A program made the translations under genes and the position numbers. The notes below the pieces were generated by a model, which had not been told where the DNA came from, did not search any database, and was given only the letters and a program-made list of their open reading frames with translations. Below, one piece after another: positions 9,717-20,145 of a stretch of 64,000 bases of DNA; position 1 is the stretch's first letter, and each line of letters starts with the position of its first letter. This DNA is from a virus (taxonomy: Duplodnaviria > Caudoviricetes): the IMG/VR virus record IMGVR_UViG_3300044695_006401; one strand, given 5' to 3'.

Positions 9717-10603
9717 TATGGATTCACATATTCATACCATTTTATTGGACTAATAGTTGTCCCTACTCTTGATAAACTACCATTAGGTGATTCTTTGTAA
9801 ACAGCATATTTGAATGTGTTGTAATCCAAAATGTATTTGTAATAAAATGTATCATCTTTGTTTACATTAAAAACCCCCGGACCTACAAATGTAGATTGTG
9901 GTGTGGTTAACATTCTCACAAATTGTCCATTTTTTGCATTGAAGAACTTACATGACACATAAAACGCGTCTAAATTGAAAATTGATTTATCTTTTAAGAA
10001 ATAAACAAAAAAACCTTCTTTATTTGCTCCGATATAATCCAATTTAAATTTTGGTTTGTTGACCATTACACTTATTGGATTATTGGGTGATCCGATGGAA
10101 CCATTTTCTTTTAAACCTTGTTGTGTAGGTAGTATTACGGTTAAAAATAATTGTTGTGTTTGAGAATCTTTTTTATCGTAGAAATCCAACTTGAAAAAGC
10201 TACCTTTAAATGAGTTTGCGAAATAGTAAATTTCATTATCCGTGAATCCTGCCTTTTCATAATCATCGTCCCAATTTGATGTGGTTGCTATATCAACATT
10301 TGTTGTATAGTCAAAAAAGAAAAATTCATAATCTATAGTTGTGGGGATAATAGTTACATTTAAAATTATACTACTACCTCCAGGTATAAATGGTGGTGAT
10401 ACAATTTGGAAATTTACAGTCCATCCCGAATGAGCAAACTTAGTCATTTCAAAATCAGTGACGGGATTTATAATTTGTCTTAAGATTTGATTTTCAAAAT
10501 CCTCAACTGCCTGTGAACGACCTTCCAAATCGAAATCGACTTCTAGCGGTATATTCAAATAACCGTCTTGTACTTTAAGTGTTCCTAAAAATTTATCACT
10601 CAC
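9716..10603 (-). CDS. Hypothetical virion structural protein
   Basis: 295 aa, GTG start, translationally coupled to both neighbours. Confidence 0.6.
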   Translation of the reverse strand: MSDKFLGTLKVQDGYLNIPLEVDFDLEGRSQAVEDFENQILRQIINPVTDFEMTKFAHSGWTVNFQIVSPPFIPGGSSIILNVTIIPTTIDYEFFFFDYTTNVDIATTSNWDDDYEKAGFTDNEIYYFANSFKGSFFKLDFYDKKDSQTQQLFLTVILPTQQGLKENGSIGSPNNPISVMVNKPKFKLDYIGANKEGFFVYFLKDKSIFNLDAFYVSCKFFNAKNGQFVRMLTTPQSTFVGPGVFNVNKDDTFYYKYILDYNTFKYAVYKESPNGSLSRVGTTISPIKWYEYVNP

Positions 10604-12308
10604 AATCGTCAGTTATTGGGTCATTTATCAGGTCTGTTTCTAAATCAGAAACATTTCTTCTTGTAGGAAACTGTATCATTCTAACTTCTTTAAACGGGTA
10701 ATGTGAATCATTTAAAAATGGAATGTTCAAACCTATTCCATCTCCATCAATATACCCATAACTATATATATCACGCCATATAAAGTTCCCCGTTTTTTTT
10801 GAGAAGTAGGAATAGAATGGGGCATTAACAATACTATTTACAGGTAATGTTTCAATAAAATCACTAAACACTCTGATTGGAATACTATAGTGGGGTTTGT
10901 AGGCGTATCCTGAAGGTAAATTTGTCGTACCAGATGTCGCATCATCAATAAAATTATTTGGATTTATCGAATATTTGTGGTAAAGTGGTGATAAAACATA
11001 TTCCCTTTGTTCAATATTATTATATTCGCAAAAATCCCCTTTAATGGTGTCACCTATTTTTAAATCTTGATTAAAATAAAATGTTTTACCTTGAAGGGTA
11101 TATGACCCATAAGGGATGTTATCTTTATTAAACGATGACGATTTGTCCCACCAATTACTTATGTTATTTTTTAAAAAGTTAAACTCCCATCCAATTTCTA
11201 AAGCCGATGTTTGTCCCGCGTTTGGTTTGTTGAACCATCCAGCATAACCTTTAAATAACATAGTAAAAAATAATTCAGTAACTGGTTTACCATTGTTGTC
11301 AATTAATGGTGATATATCAATATCTCTATTCACCGAAAAACCATAACTTTGTGTTCCAGTCTTAACCGATATTCTTTGAAACGAATTTGGTGTAAGTGCC
11401 GAAAATTCTAATTTTCTTTTGACGGGAAATGGGTTATTTTCAAACCCAAGTTTAGTTACAAAAGTATCTTCAACATTTGTAAGTATTTTATGTAATCTAA
11501 TATAATATCTTGATTTTGTTTCAGCACTATTTGTAATATCAGTTATTCTTTTGAAATTACCATATCTTCCATCATATACATCATTTTGTGAATAAGATAA
11601 ATTATAGACAGTGAATACATTTTTTTCAGACCTATAAGATCCATTACCTAATGAGTAAACTTGATATAAATTTTTTCCATTTATGGTAATACTTAATTCA
11701 ACCCACTGTCCAACACTCAAATTATGATTAGTTGGACAATTAAAGAATATTAAATCTTTACCATTCGTTTGACCTGTATTCATTACAAATGGTATTCCAT
11801 CGGAAACATTGTAGGATTGGTTAGTTACATTGTATTTTTCGTTAGTATAGGACATTGTTTGAGCCGTACTACTACTGAACGCATATGATGCATAATATGT
11901 CCAATTATATGTTGAAGCACTAACCGTTTGGAATTGGAAGTGGTTTGTAATCCCGCTAGACCGTATCATACTAAATTCATCATATTGGGGAAACCCTTTC
12001 CAAACATTCGTATTGACCGAAACTTCAGGATTTATATAATATAATGAATTTTTAAATGGGGTATAACTAGTACTACCTGAAATAGAATTGTTGAACAAGT
12101 TTACGATTTTACCATTAAGTCTAAAAATGGATGATTCAGTTCTTTCTTCGTCAAAGATATCATTCAAACTTACTATTCTTGATCTATCTCCTTGAACCAT
12201 ATTCCTTCTTTTACCAAACAATGGTACTTGTAGTTGCTCATCCACATTTGCAGAACCAGCAAATCTTTTCGATCCTAAAACTATTCTTATGTCATCCTGT
12301 TTTCTCAT
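10596..12308 (-). CDS. Hypothetical virion structural protein
   Basis: 570 aa, aromatic and beta-rich, coupled within the baseplate/fibre operon. Confidence 0.6.
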   Translation of the reverse strand: MRKQDDIRIVLGSKRFAGSANVDEQLQVPLFGKRRNMVQGDRSRIVSLNDIFDEERTESSIFRLNGKIVNLFNNSISGSTSYTPFKNSLYYINPEVSVNTNVWKGFPQYDEFSMIRSSGITNHFQFQTVSASTYNWTYYASYAFSSSTAQTMSYTNEKYNVTNQSYNVSDGIPFVMNTGQTNGKDLIFFNCPTNHNLSVGQWVELSITINGKNLYQVYSLGNGSYRSEKNVFTVYNLSYSQNDVYDGRYGNFKRITDITNSAETKSRYYIRLHKILTNVEDTFVTKLGFENNPFPVKRKLEFSALTPNSFQRISVKTGTQSYGFSVNRDIDISPLIDNNGKPVTELFFTMLFKGYAGWFNKPNAGQTSALEIGWEFNFLKNNISNWWDKSSSFNKDNIPYGSYTLQGKTFYFNQDLKIGDTIKGDFCEYNNIEQREYVLSPLYHKYSINPNNFIDDATSGTTNLPSGYAYKPHYSIPIRVFSDFIETLPVNSIVNAPFYSYFSKKTGNFIWRDIYSYGYIDGDGIGLNIPFLNDSHYPFKEVRMIQFPTRRNVSDLETDLINDPITDDCE

Positions 12309-12310
12309 TA

Positions 12311-15300
12311 TTATAGAAGATATTTAGTGATGTACCTGTTTAATGATGATTTACCTTTATTTAACCCAAAGTAAAAATGATATGGAGCACCAACAACATA
12401 TCTATTAGATGGTTGGTTAACTGAAGGTGCGAATGTCGGTACTCCATTATTATTATAATTGTAGATATATCCAGTAGAAGGACCGTTTGTCGCTTGGAAA
12501 TAATCAGTAGTATTAAAACTCATCTCTTGGTAAGGTGCTGTGTAATATCCATTGTTCGCATCAAATGATGTAAACCAATCGTTGTCTTGGCTTCCTAAAA
12601 TAGTTTGTGGTGCGGTTTGACCGTCTTTAATCCATTTATACATAGGTACTACTTGGGTTTTAGGGTACCCAATTGTCTGCGTAATATTACCAAATGTTAT
12701 AGTACCTGGTGTTAATCTTATTCTATTCTCAGTAATAGCAGAATATAATACACCTATAAGTGGTCCGTCATTTGTGTTCGGAGCTAAGTAGATATCATTA
12801 TCATCATAAAATTCGTCATTGAAAGGTAAAATACCATATTCAGAGTTTATGCTAAACATTTGAGCGATGTCCCCATCAATTCTATCCTCACTTCTCGAAA
12901 ATAAACTATTAATTGATGCGTCTCCACTACCTAAAATTTGTTGGGTAAATGATGTGGATAACAATCTTGATAGTATAGCAAAAAGTAATATATCGGCAGT
13001 TTCGTTGTATGTAGTACTCTTCAATGTATCCACTAAATAACCCTCCAATTGAGGATTTAAACAGATTTCTTTTGCAAATTCATCTCTAGGACCCAAATCC
13101 ATAATTGTAGTTGGAAAAAATAAATTGCGATTATTCATTCCTTTATATGTCGGTCCAACGGGCTCCCAGTCATTATTGAATAAATTCTTTTTCATAGGTA
13201 ATTGTCCAATAAACTGACCCGTAACATAATCGTAAGGTGTTGATCTATAAAAGAATGAAAATCTATCTTCATCAAAATAAATCGGTCCTTGGTTAGTAGT
13301 GACTTGAATTAGCACGGGGTCCTTTGTTCCGCAAAACTTATATTTCTTAACATTACCGACACTATCAAAAATTGTTTGTTTCCTGAACGAGAACGCGTAA
13401 AGGGTACCATTCACCCAATTGTTTTGGAATACATGACTAATCACACCTCTACAAGCACCAAATACAAATCTGAATCTTGCTTTCCATTCTGCCAAATATT
13501 TTAAGTCGTCTTTTATTGTCTTTATAAGTTCGTCTTGGACAAAATAATAACACCCCCCTTTAACTCTAGTTTTATCAGGATTGTTAGGGAAATTCGCAGG
13601 ACATGGCGCCTTTACTCCGAAATTTTCACCACTACCTGAATAACATTCTAATAATGTTAATTGATCACATGTTAAAGACCCTAACACCGCATCACTGACA
13701 CCACTACCATCATCTTCGAAATCTTGTAAATTATTTGTAGTATCTGTAGGTTGCATGTTAAACACCGGTATAGTAATAACACCTCCTGTATCCAATAACT
13801 TATACATTAAAAAGTTATCATTTAGGTGTAAAGAAAATGATGTGTTACCCGAAACTTGAACTACATCTGAAGTTGGTAATCTGTCTGATCTGAGTATTAA
13901 TCTATCTGAGTTTACCATGTTAGTATTAGGTGTATAATCTAAATGATAAGTGGGGGAAAAAACTCTACTGTGTCTATTTTGTTGTTGTGTTGGCATAGAG
14001 ACTTGTTGAGGTTCATAACCCGCTAACAAAGTTCCACCCTCAATATTACCTTGTGGTGATGTTGCACATGTAGGTTGAGGAGTTAAAGATCCGTTCCATG
14101 CCCCTGAACAAACTTCATAATCTAAAATTATTCCACTAGCGTCTAATTTAACTGCCGCCTGTACAAACCAAGTATATTGTCCAGTTGTCGCATCATAATA
14201 GTCGTACCTCATAGGAACCCACAGAAAATCATTTATAGTTGTGTTGAAAACACCGTCCATTGGTATGTTTCCGGGACTATTTGGTCCGACATATTGTGTG
14301 TAGAAAATATCACCAACATTTAAGAATGGTGATGTTGTTACGACACCATAACCTGTACTAAAGTTTTCACAAGCACCAACACCAAATTGACATGGTATAC
14401 CAATAGGTATACCCGAACAAGAAGTCTGATATGCATAATTGTTCGAAGGGTCTGTGTTAGAATAAAAAGCGTACCCATCTGCAACAGGTCTTGTCCATGT
14501 ATAAAGTTGTGTTGTTGATTGAATGGATCCAAACTGAAAACCTATAGTACTCTTTCCAAGTTCGGGCCCATTACATGCAATGTCAGAATAAACCCCAGCA
14601 GGTAGTGTAAATTGATTTAAAGCATAGGTATCACCAAAGTACGCAGGTGACCCAAATCGTGATTTATCTGTGGAATTGTAATATTTTAAAATGTTGTTTG
14701 TAAATGCCGAAAAAACAGAAGGTTGTACCGAAAACGAGAATGGTATGTGAAACAACTTATTATTATTATTTGTGGTTGTTTCATGTGTTTCCGGTGTTTT
14801 ATAGTCGTTTCTCCATGGTAAATTTAAATTTGTATTTGACTGTATTGGAATATTCAAATAATAACTGCCTTCAACAATAGGTCCTTGTGTAAAATTATAC
14901 CCAAACAATTTAGAAAGGTCATATTTTATGTTTTGTTTTTGAGTATAAGGATCAACTCCCCTTGAAAGAAATATAATCTCCTGATCACCAAATAAGTCGT
15001 ACGCCTGTAGTGGGGTTGAAATAAATGTTTGGAGGTTCGAGTTTTGCGGTAATTGTGGGACAGAATGATAATAGGCTCTCTGAGTTTTAGCAAAAAGATA
15101 CTTGTTTAAAAGTGAGTTGACATTATTTTGATTTGTAAGACCAGAATATTGACTGACAGTCCCTCCTGTTATTACTTGGAAGTACTCATTCCCTGCAACA
15201 AAATTATAAGGTTTTCCATCTTCAGTAATTTTTAACTTCAATGTTGCAGTCTGTATGGTTCCACCTGTTGTCACATACTGTACAGTTTTATTAACAAGCG

Positions 15301-17689
15301 CCACTTGGTTGGGATTGGTACTACCTGTAATACTTTTAGTTTGGAACTGATTCAAAGTAGCCCCTGTTAAGTTAGGATCTTGTATTTTTGATATGTCATG
15401 GAAAGAAATTAAATCTCCAGGTAATAATGTTTGAAGTGTTCCCGCATCACAAACTACCATGAGAACTGAGTCTGTAAATGGTGTTGATGGCTGAGGAATT
15501 AAACCATTTGGTGGTGTATTAAATACTGTAGTTCTTATTATATTTTCACCCTCAAAGTACCTTATTCTTAAATTAGCCATGTTCAAAGACTGTGATAATG
15601 TAACATCATTTCCTAAGTACTTATAACTCGAGGCTTGGTTTGGCCATTCCAAAATAGGAAGTTTTGTTAACTTTTGGTCCATTATATTACTATTGAATGT
15701 TGAACCTGGTAAAAATTGGTACCCAGCTAAAACCTGTCTTAATCCATTGTTTTGTCCTTCTGTACTGGTAGTACTTACAACCAAACCTTCAAAAGAAGAC
15801 ACTGAATTTGAATTTATTAGTTGACTATAATTGCCCTGTGAAATAAGGAAATTCTGAAATGGATTAAAGTTAGTAGTAGTATTAAGTGACGCATCCTCAC
15901 AGTTACAAGCTTCACAATCAGGATATGACATCATGGGTAATGAAATTCTTTTGAATGGATTGTTTTCTTCAAGTTTATCTAAAACTGCCTTGTTACACCC
16001 ACCTTCAGGTTTATTCCCATTGGTTAGCCAGTTTATAGCCTTACATATTGCAAAAACAACATCATTGATAAAATCTATTATAGAATTTATGAATTTTACT
16101 ATAATTGGATATATTAACGCCAAAATATGTAAAATAACAATTATAGAAGCTAATAATGGTGATAGTAATGTTATTAACAAATTAAATAAGAAAAATATAA
16201 AATCAAAATTTCTAACTCCATCATTCACTGGAAATCTATTTGTTGTTGTTGAACATGCCCTATCTGTTATTTCCTTTATTCCTAAATGTCTTGCTCTATT
16301 ATATCCCCATTTCCATCTATCAATAAAATTTGCAACAGTATAAACTCGATTGAAGTTCATTTCAAAGAATCTATCTTCACAGTTGATCGCCTCCTGAATC
16401 ATTTGGTTTCCGATAGTTGTTGCAGTATCTCCATAATCATTCCAGTCTAAACTAAAGGCATATGATTGTTTTTGAAGGGTATCTGAAAGAGGTGCTTCAG
16501 ATTGTGTAAGTGACCAACCGTATTCTTTAATATTAGGTACTAAGTAGTCAGCTCTCATGGCATTATTTTCTAACCCATCTTCATTTTGGTATTGGATCCT
16601 GAATCTGTACTTGCCCTTGGTTGGTATACCAATTGTAGGGTCATTCGATATAATCTGGTCTCCGAACTCATTTGTAGTTACAAAATCAAAGTTCATCGGC
16701 ACTTCAATTAACCATGTTCCATTATCATCAATGACATTTCCTCCGTCTTCAAATCTATACTCTTCTAAAACCGGTAATCCTTGACTGTCGTTAAAAACTG
16801 TTTGTCTTAATGCTAAAATTTTCCCAGCACCTGTAACTAAATCACAAAGATTACCTGAATCGAATTTTGGTTTACAATTCACATTTAAAACATCATCTTC
16901 ACTAGTCGAAAACAAAGATCCCATGAAAATTGATTGAGGTACTATCTCTATACCTGAGTCCCTTAAATCAAAGTCAATTCTTGTAATACCAACATTACAT
17001 ATGTTTTCTTCACCCCAAAATGCGGCAACTTCAACATCTTTAGCTTGATTAACTATTTGTGGTAATGAATCTAAATTTTCAGATGATCTAAAATTAGGGC
17101 CAGCAAATTGTGATTTAACACCAAGACCTTGTCTAACTAAATCTGTAGGTCTTTGGGAAAAACATCCGATATTAGATAAGTCTAAATCCATTACGATCGT
17201 CTGAATACCTAAAGGTACTCCAACTATCATAAAGTCACCACTATCGTTAGTTCTTACGGTGTACTTGTAGTATTTTTCATATACTTCTAATACTTCTTTT
17301 CTTGTTAAAACTTCTTCAATATCAGGAAAAGTACCTGTCGGTGTATGTCCTCCGTACTCTTGTACATAAGGTAAAAGGTTATATCTATAACCTTCGTCAT
17401 TTTTATCTGTGATTGTTTTATATGGGTATAATGTTGATATTACAGGGTCTGTTTCATCTTCTGTGGTGAGTGGTACAAAAACAGATATTGGTACATTTGG
17501 TACTCCGTAACCGCCATTTGCAATTACCCTACCTACTACAACACCATAATCGGCACAAAAACGAGTATAAACATCTTCTTGTTTTAATTTCAACGACAAG
17601 ATTTCTATTAAGTCAAAATCTTGTTGGATGTCAATTCGGATGTTTTTATCGATTCCAGGCGTTGTTCTAATTCTATAACTTTTGGACAT
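12311..17689 (-). CDS. Giant baseplate-associated protein (1792 aa) with carboxypeptidase-regulatory-like N-terminal fold and a hydrophobic helical segment
   Basis: YGVVVGRVIANGGYGVPNVPISVFVP...TNDSGDFMIVGVPLG pattern, a long hydrophobic stretch near aa 495-555, and a position directly after the gp6-like gene. Confidence 0.55.
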   Translation of the reverse strand: MSKSYRIRTTPGIDKNIRIDIQQDFDLIEILSLKLKQEDVYTRFCADYGVVVGRVIANGGYGVPNVPISVFVPLTTEDETDPVISTLYPYKTITDKNDEGYRYNLLPYVQEYGGHTPTGTFPDIEEVLTRKEVLEVYEKYYKYTVRTNDSGDFMIVGVPLGIQTIVMDLDLSNIGCFSQRPTDLVRQGLGVKSQFAGPNFRSSENLDSLPQIVNQAKDVEVAAFWGEENICNVGITRIDFDLRDSGIEIVPQSIFMGSLFSTSEDDVLNVNCKPKFDSGNLCDLVTGAGKILALRQTVFNDSQGLPVLEEYRFEDGGNVIDDNGTWLIEVPMNFDFVTTNEFGDQIISNDPTIGIPTKGKYRFRIQYQNEDGLENNAMRADYLVPNIKEYGWSLTQSEAPLSDTLQKQSYAFSLDWNDYGDTATTIGNQMIQEAINCEDRFFEMNFNRVYTVANFIDRWKWGYNRARHLGIKEITDRACSTTTNRFPVNDGVRNFDFIFFLFNLLITLLSPLLASIIVILHILALIYPIIVKFINSIIDFINDVVFAICKAINWLTNGNKPEGGCNKAVLDKLEENNPFKRISLPMMSYPDCEACNCEDASLNTTTNFNPFQNFLISQGNYSQLINSNSVSSFEGLVVSTTSTEGQNNGLRQVLAGYQFLPGSTFNSNIMDQKLTKLPILEWPNQASSYKYLGNDVTLSQSLNMANLRIRYFEGENIIRTTVFNTPPNGLIPQPSTPFTDSVLMVVCDAGTLQTLLPGDLISFHDISKIQDPNLTGATLNQFQTKSITGSTNPNQVALVNKTVQYVTTGGTIQTATLKLKITEDGKPYNFVAGNEYFQVITGGTVSQYSGLTNQNNVNSLLNKYLFAKTQRAYYHSVPQLPQNSNLQTFISTPLQAYDLFGDQEIIFLSRGVDPYTQKQNIKYDLSKLFGYNFTQGPIVEGSYYLNIPIQSNTNLNLPWRNDYKTPETHETTTNNNNKLFHIPFSFSVQPSVFSAFTNNILKYYNSTDKSRFGSPAYFGDTYALNQFTLPAGVYSDIACNGPELGKSTIGFQFGSIQSTTQLYTWTRPVADGYAFYSNTDPSNNYAYQTSCSGIPIGIPCQFGVGACENFSTGYGVVTTSPFLNVGDIFYTQYVGPNSPGNIPMDGVFNTTINDFLWVPMRYDYYDATTGQYTWFVQAAVKLDASGIILDYEVCSGAWNGSLTPQPTCATSPQGNIEGGTLLAGYEPQQVSMPTQQQNRHSRVFSPTYHLDYTPNTNMVNSDRLILRSDRLPTSDVVQVSGNTSFSLHLNDNFLMYKLLDTGGVITIPVFNMQPTDTTNNLQDFEDDGSGVSDAVLGSLTCDQLTLLECYSGSGENFGVKAPCPANFPNNPDKTRVKGGCYYFVQDELIKTIKDDLKYLAEWKARFRFVFGACRGVISHVFQNNWVNGTLYAFSFRKQTIFDSVGNVKKYKFCGTKDPVLIQVTTNQGPIYFDEDRFSFFYRSTPYDYVTGQFIGQLPMKKNLFNNDWEPVGPTYKGMNNRNLFFPTTIMDLGPRDEFAKEICLNPQLEGYLVDTLKSTTYNETADILLFAILSRLLSTSFTQQILGSGDASINSLFSRSEDRIDGDIAQMFSINSEYGILPFNDEFYDDNDIYLAPNTNDGPLIGVLYSAITENRIRLTPGTITFGNITQTIGYPKTQVVPMYKWIKDGQTAPQTILGSQDNDWFTSFDANNGYYTAPYQEMSFNTTDYFQATNGPSTGYIYNYNNNGVPTFAPSVNQPSNRYVVGAPYHFYFGLNKGKSSLNRYITKYLL

Positions 17690-17703
17690 AATATCGTTTA
17701 AAA

Positions 17704-17726
17704 ATAAATAGTCTTTTTGACTATTT
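17704..17726 (-). terminator. Hairpin/terminator overlapping a TATTTAT motif
   Basis: Stem aaatagtc/gactattt with a 5-nt loop (17706-17726), followed on the minus strand by AUUUUU. It overlaps ATAAATA at 17704-17710. Confidence 0.5.
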
Positions 17727-17761
17727 TAAAAGTAACACGGTTTGGGTTAAAATAAACAATC

Positions 17762-19603
17762 TTAACTATAATCTACTGTTGTTATATTTTTAACCCTTAC
17801 TTTTATGTCTTTATTTGGGAATCTTACTTGGTAAATTTGATCGGGCTCTGCAAAAATAGTGTCATCAATAAGTTCAATTTGTTTAGTTGCAACATCTACA
17901 TATCTTTGTGATGTTTCAGATGATGAGTATTGACCGCCAACTCTATTATATACTCTTATTTCAGATAATGTATTAACTCCTTCTATTCCTTGAACGATTT
18001 GTCTAATTTCTGAAACATTAACATTTTCACCTAACTCCCTTGTAGATGGTGCCATGTAAGTTGTTACATTATCAATTATTTGTGTGATGACTTGACTTTG
18101 TGATCCTGCAGCGGTTAAAACAACAAAGAACTCAAATTCCAAATCTATAACTTTAGCGACTTCAATTGAAATATAATCGTTAATCATTCTATACTTCGAT
18201 AGATAAGTTGCCAAATTTGTTTTAAGATTATTCGAGACTGTTTGTGTTAGAGCACCTTGTGTGTCGAAAGAAAGGATCTTCACCAAAATTTTATTGTTGA
18301 ATTCTGATATCGACACTTTAGCTGGGGCACCGTATTGTCCTGGCATTGTATCAATTAGAGACTTGTAGTCATTTATTGTTACCGCTCTTTTTTGTGCCGC
18401 AAAGTTATATGTAACCATATTTCTTACCTCGTTAACTGAAGGTTGGTTTGCTCCTCCGATTGCCGCAGTCACATTATTAACTCTAATCGATTGTATGGTA
18501 TTGTTATTGACAACCGCTGAGGGTCCGTTTACTGCAAAATCAACTAATGCAACTTGATTGATCGCACCAACACCAACATTACTAGCCAATCCACCACCTG
18601 TCCTATATTGAACAAACAAAGTAGTATTTGGTCTTACTGTTAAACCTAAACCTATGTTATTTTGATAATTTTGTATTTTTAGTGGAACACCTGTTTTAGT
18701 AAATTGATTTAGTTGTTCTTCAGGTGTTACAGTCCCATTACCAAATTGAATTCTTAAAAATCCCTCGGGGGTGTATTCAGTAATGAATCGATTATCTGTT
18801 TTTAAATACCTTCCTACTTTTACGCCAGCGTCATCAACAGGTTTAGTTGGGTCCTCGATAAATACTGTATTTTCTACTAATGAATCAACCTCATACCATC
18901 TGTTTGGTGAAGTTTGGAATTCAGTGAAGGATGGTGTTGATTGGTAATCAGTACCGTCTTTTTGTATTATCGATGTCACACCTAAGACATTTTTTTCAGG
19001 TAAGAAAAAACTAAAGAAAGGTATTACTTCTGCAGGGGTAATTACCTTTTTGAATACTTGGGTACTACCATTGACAACAATTTCTCGTTTTGTAATTATG
19101 TAGCTTGATGGTGCAGAATTATCATCACTGAATTGTGGTATTTTTGTTCTGTTCACAAACCCTTCTCTGTTAAATTGAGTTGAGAAATCAATGTCATATA
19201 CGGTTTCAAATGTCGTTCCTCCACCGTTGAATTGGGCTCCGGCTCTTAATATACCTAAATATCTTACATCTTCAGAGTCACCTAAAGCAGGTATAGTTAT
19301 CGAAATATCAACCAAAGCAACAGAAGGTCTAAATCCAGGTACTTTTAGTCCATAGGTTCTAGCAATGTTAAATATAGAAGATCTTTGTTGTGCAAACTGT
19401 AAAACGGTTTCTTGTATACTCCTATCTATATGAAAATGCAAATTGTCACCAATCGCAGCATTCAAATCCATCAGTACTGAAAATACAGACGCATCATTAA
19501 AATTTTGTATTAATTCTGGATAATACTGTTGGGTATAATCTATGAGGTCTTGTCTTAACGCTTCAAAATCTCTGTCAGTATATGCAATTCTTCTATTTGC
19601 CAT
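17762..19603 (-). CDS. Baseplate wedge protein (T4 gp6 / baseplate J-like)
   Basis: YTDRDFEALRQDLIDY...FNDAS...MDLNAAIGDNLHFHID...NIARTYGLK and AQKRAVTINDYK are gp6-type motifs. Adjacent to the gp25-like gene. Confidence 0.9.
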   Translation of the reverse strand: MANRRIAYTDRDFEALRQDLIDYTQQYYPELIQNFNDASVFSVLMDLNAAIGDNLHFHIDRSIQETVLQFAQQRSSIFNIARTYGLKVPGFRPSVALVDISITIPALGDSEDVRYLGILRAGAQFNGGGTTFETVYDIDFSTQFNREGFVNRTKIPQFSDDNSAPSSYIITKREIVVNGSTQVFKKVITPAEVIPFFSFFLPEKNVLGVTSIIQKDGTDYQSTPSFTEFQTSPNRWYEVDSLVENTVFIEDPTKPVDDAGVKVGRYLKTDNRFITEYTPEGFLRIQFGNGTVTPEEQLNQFTKTGVPLKIQNYQNNIGLGLTVRPNTTLFVQYRTGGGLASNVGVGAINQVALVDFAVNGPSAVVNNNTIQSIRVNNVTAAIGGANQPSVNEVRNMVTYNFAAQKRAVTINDYKSLIDTMPGQYGAPAKVSISEFNNKILVKILSFDTQGALTQTVSNNLKTNLATYLSKYRMINDYISIEVAKVIDLEFEFFVVLTAAGSQSQVITQIIDNVTTYMAPSTRELGENVNVSEIRQIVQGIEGVNTLSEIRVYNRVGGQYSSSETSQRYVDVATKQIELIDDTIFAEPDQIYQVRFPNKDIKVRVKNITTVDYS

Positions 19604-19606
19604 AGT

Positions 19607-20068
19607 TTATAAATTGATGATAACGAATTGTCTTGTTCCGAAAGCACTGCTTTCGTCAACATATTCTATTTTTATTTTTGCTGTGTACTCTTCAGTATTT
19701 GCTCCAGGAATAGCATAAACAGGAATGTCTTGTTCAGGAACAACTAACTCACCTAAAGATGGTTCAGAATTAACATATGGTTCTATACTTATATTTTGAA
19801 TAGTAAGATTAGGAATAAATGTAGATATTGATTCTTCTATTTCACTTCTCAGTGTTGAAAAGGTATCCCCATCTAAAGGTTCAAAAATATATTCATACAA
19901 TCTTGTACCAAAATTTGGTAGATAGTATCTTGATCCTTTCCTTGTTAGTAACAGATGGACCAAATCAGTTCTGATTTCTTCATCTGGTGTTTCCGATAGA
20001 GATAGGTATTGACCTTTTAAACTCTGTCTTAAAGGAAAATTAATACCATATGTTATTCCGTTTGCCAT
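19607..20068 (-). CDS. Baseplate wedge gp25 / GPW-like sheath initiator
   Basis: IRTDLVHLLLTRKGSRYYLPNFGTRLYEYIFEP is the gp25 family signature. Confidence 0.9.
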   Translation of the reverse strand: MANGITYGINFPLRQSLKGQYLSLSETPDEEIRTDLVHLLLTRKGSRYYLPNFGTRLYEYIFEPLDGDTFSTLRSEIEESISTFIPNLTIQNISIEPYVNSEPSLGELVVPEQDIPVYAIPGANTEEYTAKIKIEYVDESSAFGTRQFVIINL

Positions 20069-20110
20069 ATTAAATAAATATAATGTTGCTATTTTTTGAA
20101 TAAATAGATT

Positions 20111-20141
20111 AAAAACAAAAAAGTCCGATTACTCGGACTTT
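20111..20141 (-). terminator. Rho-independent terminator after nrdA
   Basis: Stem aaagtccga/tcggacttt with a 4-nt loop, followed by a U-tract on the minus strand. Confidence 0.8.
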
Positions 20142-20145
20142 AAGA

